Source: the human T2T-CHM13v2.0 reference genome, Homo sapiens | Length of the DNA: 64,000 nt | Assembly: GCF_009914755.1 (NCBI RefSeq) | Contig: NC_060936.1 | Direction: 5' to 3' (one strand) | Part shown: one piece after another, positions 47,000 to 64,000 of the stretch | How positions within the stretch are numbered: position 1 is the stretch's first letter | How the letters are laid out: every line of letters begins with the position of its first letter | Notes under the pieces: generated by a model | What the model saw: the letters and a program-made list of their open reading frames with translations, nothing else | Databases searched by the model: none | Told to the model about the DNA's origin: nothing | Position numbers and translations under genes: made by a program

Positions 47000-47466
47000 A
47001 AACCGCAGCCAGGCGCTCAGCTCCGAGGCGAGTGTGGATGAAGGTGGCGTCTTTGAGAGTCTGAAGGCAGAGGCAGCCTCCCCACCAGCGCTCTTCTCGG
47101 GCTTATCAGGCAGCCTCCCCACCAGCTCGTTCCCCTCCAGCCTGGTGCTGGGCTCCTCGGCTGGCGGCGGGGACGTGTTCATCCAGATGCCCGCGTCCAG
47201 GGAGGAAGGAGGGGGCCGGGGCGAGGGGGGCGCCTACCACCACCGCCAGCCCCACCACCATTTCCACCATGGCGGCCACCGCGGGGGCTCCCTGCTGCAG
47301 CACGTGGGTGGGGACCACCGGGGGCACTCGGAGGAGGGAGGCGACGAGCAGCCTGGGACGCCCGCCCCCGCCCTGTCCGAGCTGAAGGCTGTGATCTGCT
47401 GGCTCCAGAAAGGACTCCCCTTCATCCTGATCCTCCTGGCCAAACTGTGCTTTCAGCATAAGCTCG
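47000..47466 (+). CDS. RNFT2: RNFT2 exon 4: Ser/Gly/His-rich N-terminal region and first hydrophobic segment
   Basis: Acceptor cacccag|A; 467 nt, NRSQALSSEAS...LPFILILLAKLCFQHKL/G; donor G|GTGAGT; CpG-rich exon. Confidence 0.96.
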
Positions 47467-47943
47467 GTGAGTTCTGGGGGCATGGGTGTCCTAGCCATGG
47501 GCTTCACAGGCAGGCTGCCTGCAGCCGGTGGGGTGGGGGCTCCTCCTCTGAAGCCCAGGGAGAGGCAGCAGAGACCAACATGGGCTTCAGGATGTGGGAT
47601 TCTGAGTCAGACCTGGGTTCAAATCCTGGCCGACTAGCTGTGTGACTTCAGGCAAGTCACTTGGCTTCTCTGAGCCTCAGTTTCCTCATCTGTCTAGTGG
47701 GGGTTAGGATAGAAACTTCCTCGCTGGTTGGCTGGTGTAAAGGAGTGCTGTGTAATAACTCAGACTGCTGGAGTCTGCACCCTAGCTCTGTCCCCTCCTA
47801 GTTGTGTGATGCTAGGTGTATTATTTAACCTCTCTGTGCCTCAGTTTCCTCATCTATCAAGTGGGGGTATGATTTTATAGTCTTCATGGGATCACAGTGA
47901 TGTTAAATTTGAGTTAATATGTGTAAAACACATTATTTTTACT

Positions 47944-48014
47944 ATATGTGTGTGTGTATATATATATAATATATATATTATATATATATATATATTACAT
48001 ATATATTATATATG

Positions 48015-48047
<33 letters not shown>
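47944..48047. repeat. (TG)n(TA)n AT-rich microsatellite abutting an Alu tail
   Basis: Direct reading. Confidence 0.95.
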
Positions 48048-48051
<4 letters not shown>

Positions 48052-48532
48052 TTTTGAGACAGGGTCTTGCTCTTTCAGCCAGGCTGGAGCGCAGTGGTGC
48101 AGGTCTCAGCTCACTGCAACCTTCGCTTACTGCAACTTTTGCCTCCCAGGTTGGTGATCCTCCCACCTCAGCCTCCTGAGTAGCTGGGACTACAGGCGTG
48201 TGCCACCACACCCGGCTAAATTTTAAATTTTTTCATAGAGTCGAAGTCTCACTATATTGCCCAGGCTGGTCTCAAATTCCTGGGCTCAAGCAATCCTCCC
48301 ACCTAAGCCTCCCAAAGTGCTGGGATTACAGGTATGAGCCACTGCCCCGGCCTACTATATTTGTTATTAACACACATTGAAATATTTAACATAGAGCCTG
48401 AATTGAAATATTCAACACAGCAAATGATGAATAAATACTACCTATTGTTATTTTTAGGAAATAAGATAATGATTCATAAAGTGCTCAGCCTCCTATCTGA
48501 CACATACTCAACAGTCAATAATTGGCCTCTAG

Positions 48533-48914
<382 letters not shown>

Positions 48915-49718
48915 TGAGATGGAGTCTCACTCTGTCACCAGGCTGGAGTGCAGTGGCACGATCTCAGCTCACTACAAACCTCTACCCACTGAGTTCAAGT
49001 GATTCTCAGCCCTAACCTCAAGTGATCCACCTGCCTTGGCCTCCCAAAGTGCTGGGATTACAGGCGTGAGCCACCACACCCGGCTTACTTATTAGATCAT
49101 GGTGTTGCTGTGCCCTGGCGGGCTTATACACTGTTGTTTTAGTACTGCAGTAGGAGTGATGGTAAGAATTATCTTGTGGTCTACTACTTTCCATGAGAAA
49201 ATATCGGTCAGGTGTGGTGGCTCATGCCTATAATCCCAACACTTTGTGAGGCCGAGGCAGGAGGATTGCTTGAGGCTGGGAGTTCGAGACCAGCCTGGGA
49301 AACATAGTGAGACCCTATCTCTACTGAAAAAAAAAGAGAGAGAGAAAGCTTCGAGAGGAGATGAGACCATTCTTTATTTCTTATTTTCTTCTTTCTGGTG
49401 ACTGCCAGCTCGCTCAGATTCCTCCACCTTCCTTGCTGGGGTGCTGCCCTATCAGCCCCACCCTTTCTATTCCTAGAAGTGAAAGCTGGCATCTTCCCCA
49501 CTACCCTGAATTCTGGCATCACAGCTAAGTTTTGTTTTGTGAGTATGATCATTTTATTTTTCACTTGGCAGGTTTTTTTTGTTTTGTTTTTTAATCAAAG
49601 AGAAGAGTACCAAAAAGGATTATGGGGCTACTCATTCTTGTTTTATGTGCTTATAGTGAAGAAATACAGCTTCTACAAAGTAGATCTGGAAAAATAGCTG
49701 GAGTACACATACCTATTA

Positions 49719-50198
<480 letters not shown>

Positions 50199-50257
50199 TT
50201 AGCTGGGATTTTTTTTTCTCATTGAACATTAAACTTGAATTCCTTATGGCGTTGTAA

Positions 50258-50524
<267 letters not shown>

Positions 50525-51120
50525 TGATCTGCCCACCTCGGCCTCCCAAAGTGCTGGGATTACAAGTGTGTGCCACTGCACCCAGCGGTGAGTTTTTTCA
50601 ATGTATGCTTTTATCACAAATTCTATCTGATTCTATCAATCAGATTCTTTTTAAAAGTAGAAATAATAAGAGGCATCATTCACTAACTGCTAGGGATTAT
50701 GATCTAGAAGCTTTATCCCTCTATGAGGTATAAGTAATGTTATTGTTCTGTCCATTTTACAGATGAGGAAACTGGGGCTTAGAGAGGTGCAGTGACTTGC
50801 CCAAGCTCAAACAGAGAGGAAGTGGCAGAGCTGGGAATTGAACCCAGCCCTTACCAGACTGCACAGCCCATCCCCTGATCCAGTGCTATAAAGTATCCCC
50901 ACAGGGACCTAAATCCTGTCCCTAAGTCAGAATGGCTCAGAATTCCCAGAGATTTAGATGGCAGCCCAAATCCCCAAGAAGTGGGATTTTTTTTATTTTT
51001 CTCTCTCTTCTGTCAACTCTGAGGGGACCAGGGATGTGCCTTTTCCCCCATGTTGCTCAGCACCTGGGCTAGGCCTGATGAGTCTAAGTGGGTGACATCA
51101 GGCCCTTCTCTGTCCCACAG

Positions 51121-51197
51121 GCATTGCTGTGTGCATCGGGATGGCCAGCACCTTCGCCTATGCCAACTCCACGCTTCGAGAACAGGTCTCACTGAAG
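51121..51197 (+). CDS. RNFT2: RNFT2 exon 5 (IAVCIGMASTFAYANSTLREQVSLK)
   Basis: Acceptor tgtcccacag|GC; 77 nt; donor AAG|GTGAGT. Confidence 0.95.
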
Positions 51198-51269
51198 GTG
51201 AGTCACTTTCCGACCTAGTCTCCTGTGGCTGCTGCAACAAATAAGCCACAAGCCAGGCACAGTCTTCCC

Positions 51270-58000
<6,731 letters not shown>

Positions 58001-58029
58001 ACCAAAACCTCTTCTTTTATTTCATAATT

Positions 58030-63415
<5,386 letters not shown>

Positions 63416-63952
63416 AAAATAAAAAATTTGATTTAATCTTTAACAACCCCATTTTCAAATGAAGACACTGAGACTTAAAACACAGCCCCTTGAGGTTTCT
63501 TAACCTCTCTGTGCTTTAGTTCTTAACAGCATTTTATGTACTTTAATTCTTACAACTCTATAAGGTAGATACTAAGATATACCCATTTTACAGATGAGGA
63601 AAGGGAAACTGAAAGAGTTTAAATAACTTGCCTGGAGTTGGACAGCTCCCACACAGGATTTGACCAGGGATTTGAATGTGTGCCATGCTGCTCTGGAGTC
63701 TGCTGCGAACCATGGTGTTCTCTTGCCTTTCTAGATAGTTTTTCAAGCAGATGTCCACCATTCTGCCACCTTCTCCGTGACCACCGCTTGGGTATCAGTG
63801 GAATAGAAAGGTGCCAATGCCCTTCCTTTCACCTTCAGCACCACTTCCTTCAAAATGTTGACAAAGTGAAAAGCTGCCAGTCATCAGGGTACATTCTGGA
63901 AGGTTCTGCCACATGCACCTTTGATATCACATATCTCTTGCTTTGTCTTCAG

Positions 63953-64000
63953 GAGAAGAGGTCAGTGCTGGTCATCTTGTGGATCCTGGCCTTTCTGGCG
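63953..64000 (+). CDS. RNFT2: RNFT2 exon 6, partial (EKRSVLVILWILAFLA..., transmembrane segment), truncated by the window end
   Basis: Acceptor ctttgtcttcag|GAG, phase 0; hydrophobic in-frame translation. Confidence 0.93.

Overview
Human (primate) genomic DNA carrying two head-to-head genes on one CpG-island promoter at about 35.0-35.5 kb. On the minus strand is the complete SPRING1 (C12orf49) gene. Its five coding exons have canonical GT-AG boundaries and splice into a 205-aa type II Golgi protein, the cofactor of site-1 protease in SREBP activation, followed by a long 3' UTR with tandem poly(A) signals. On the plus strand is the 5' part of RNFT2 (RING finger transmembrane protein 2): a non-coding exon 1 and coding exons 2-6, with exon 6 cut by the window end. 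The rest is repeat-dense. It holds about 50 Alu copies or fragments (counted by eye), a near-full-length antisense L1PB-type LINE with a full-length RPL21 processed pseudogene inside it, a second inverted L1 3' fragment, and DNA-transposon, MaLR, L2 and MIR relics. There are no prokaryotic-type systems such as CRISPR and no credible novel protein-coding gene; most track ORFs are Alu, L1 or low-complexity artefacts. The best candidates for undescribed biology are regulatory: (i) a two-uORF arrangement in the SPRING1 5' leader, (ii) a repressive uORF abutting the weak RNFT2 start codon, (iii) an alternative-polyadenylation switch that would add inverted Alu pairs to the SPRING1 3' UTR, (iv) an SRE-like/NF-Y/Sp1/ETS module in the shared promoter, and (v) candidate poison and cassette exons. 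Repeat subfamily names and boundaries are by-eye estimates.
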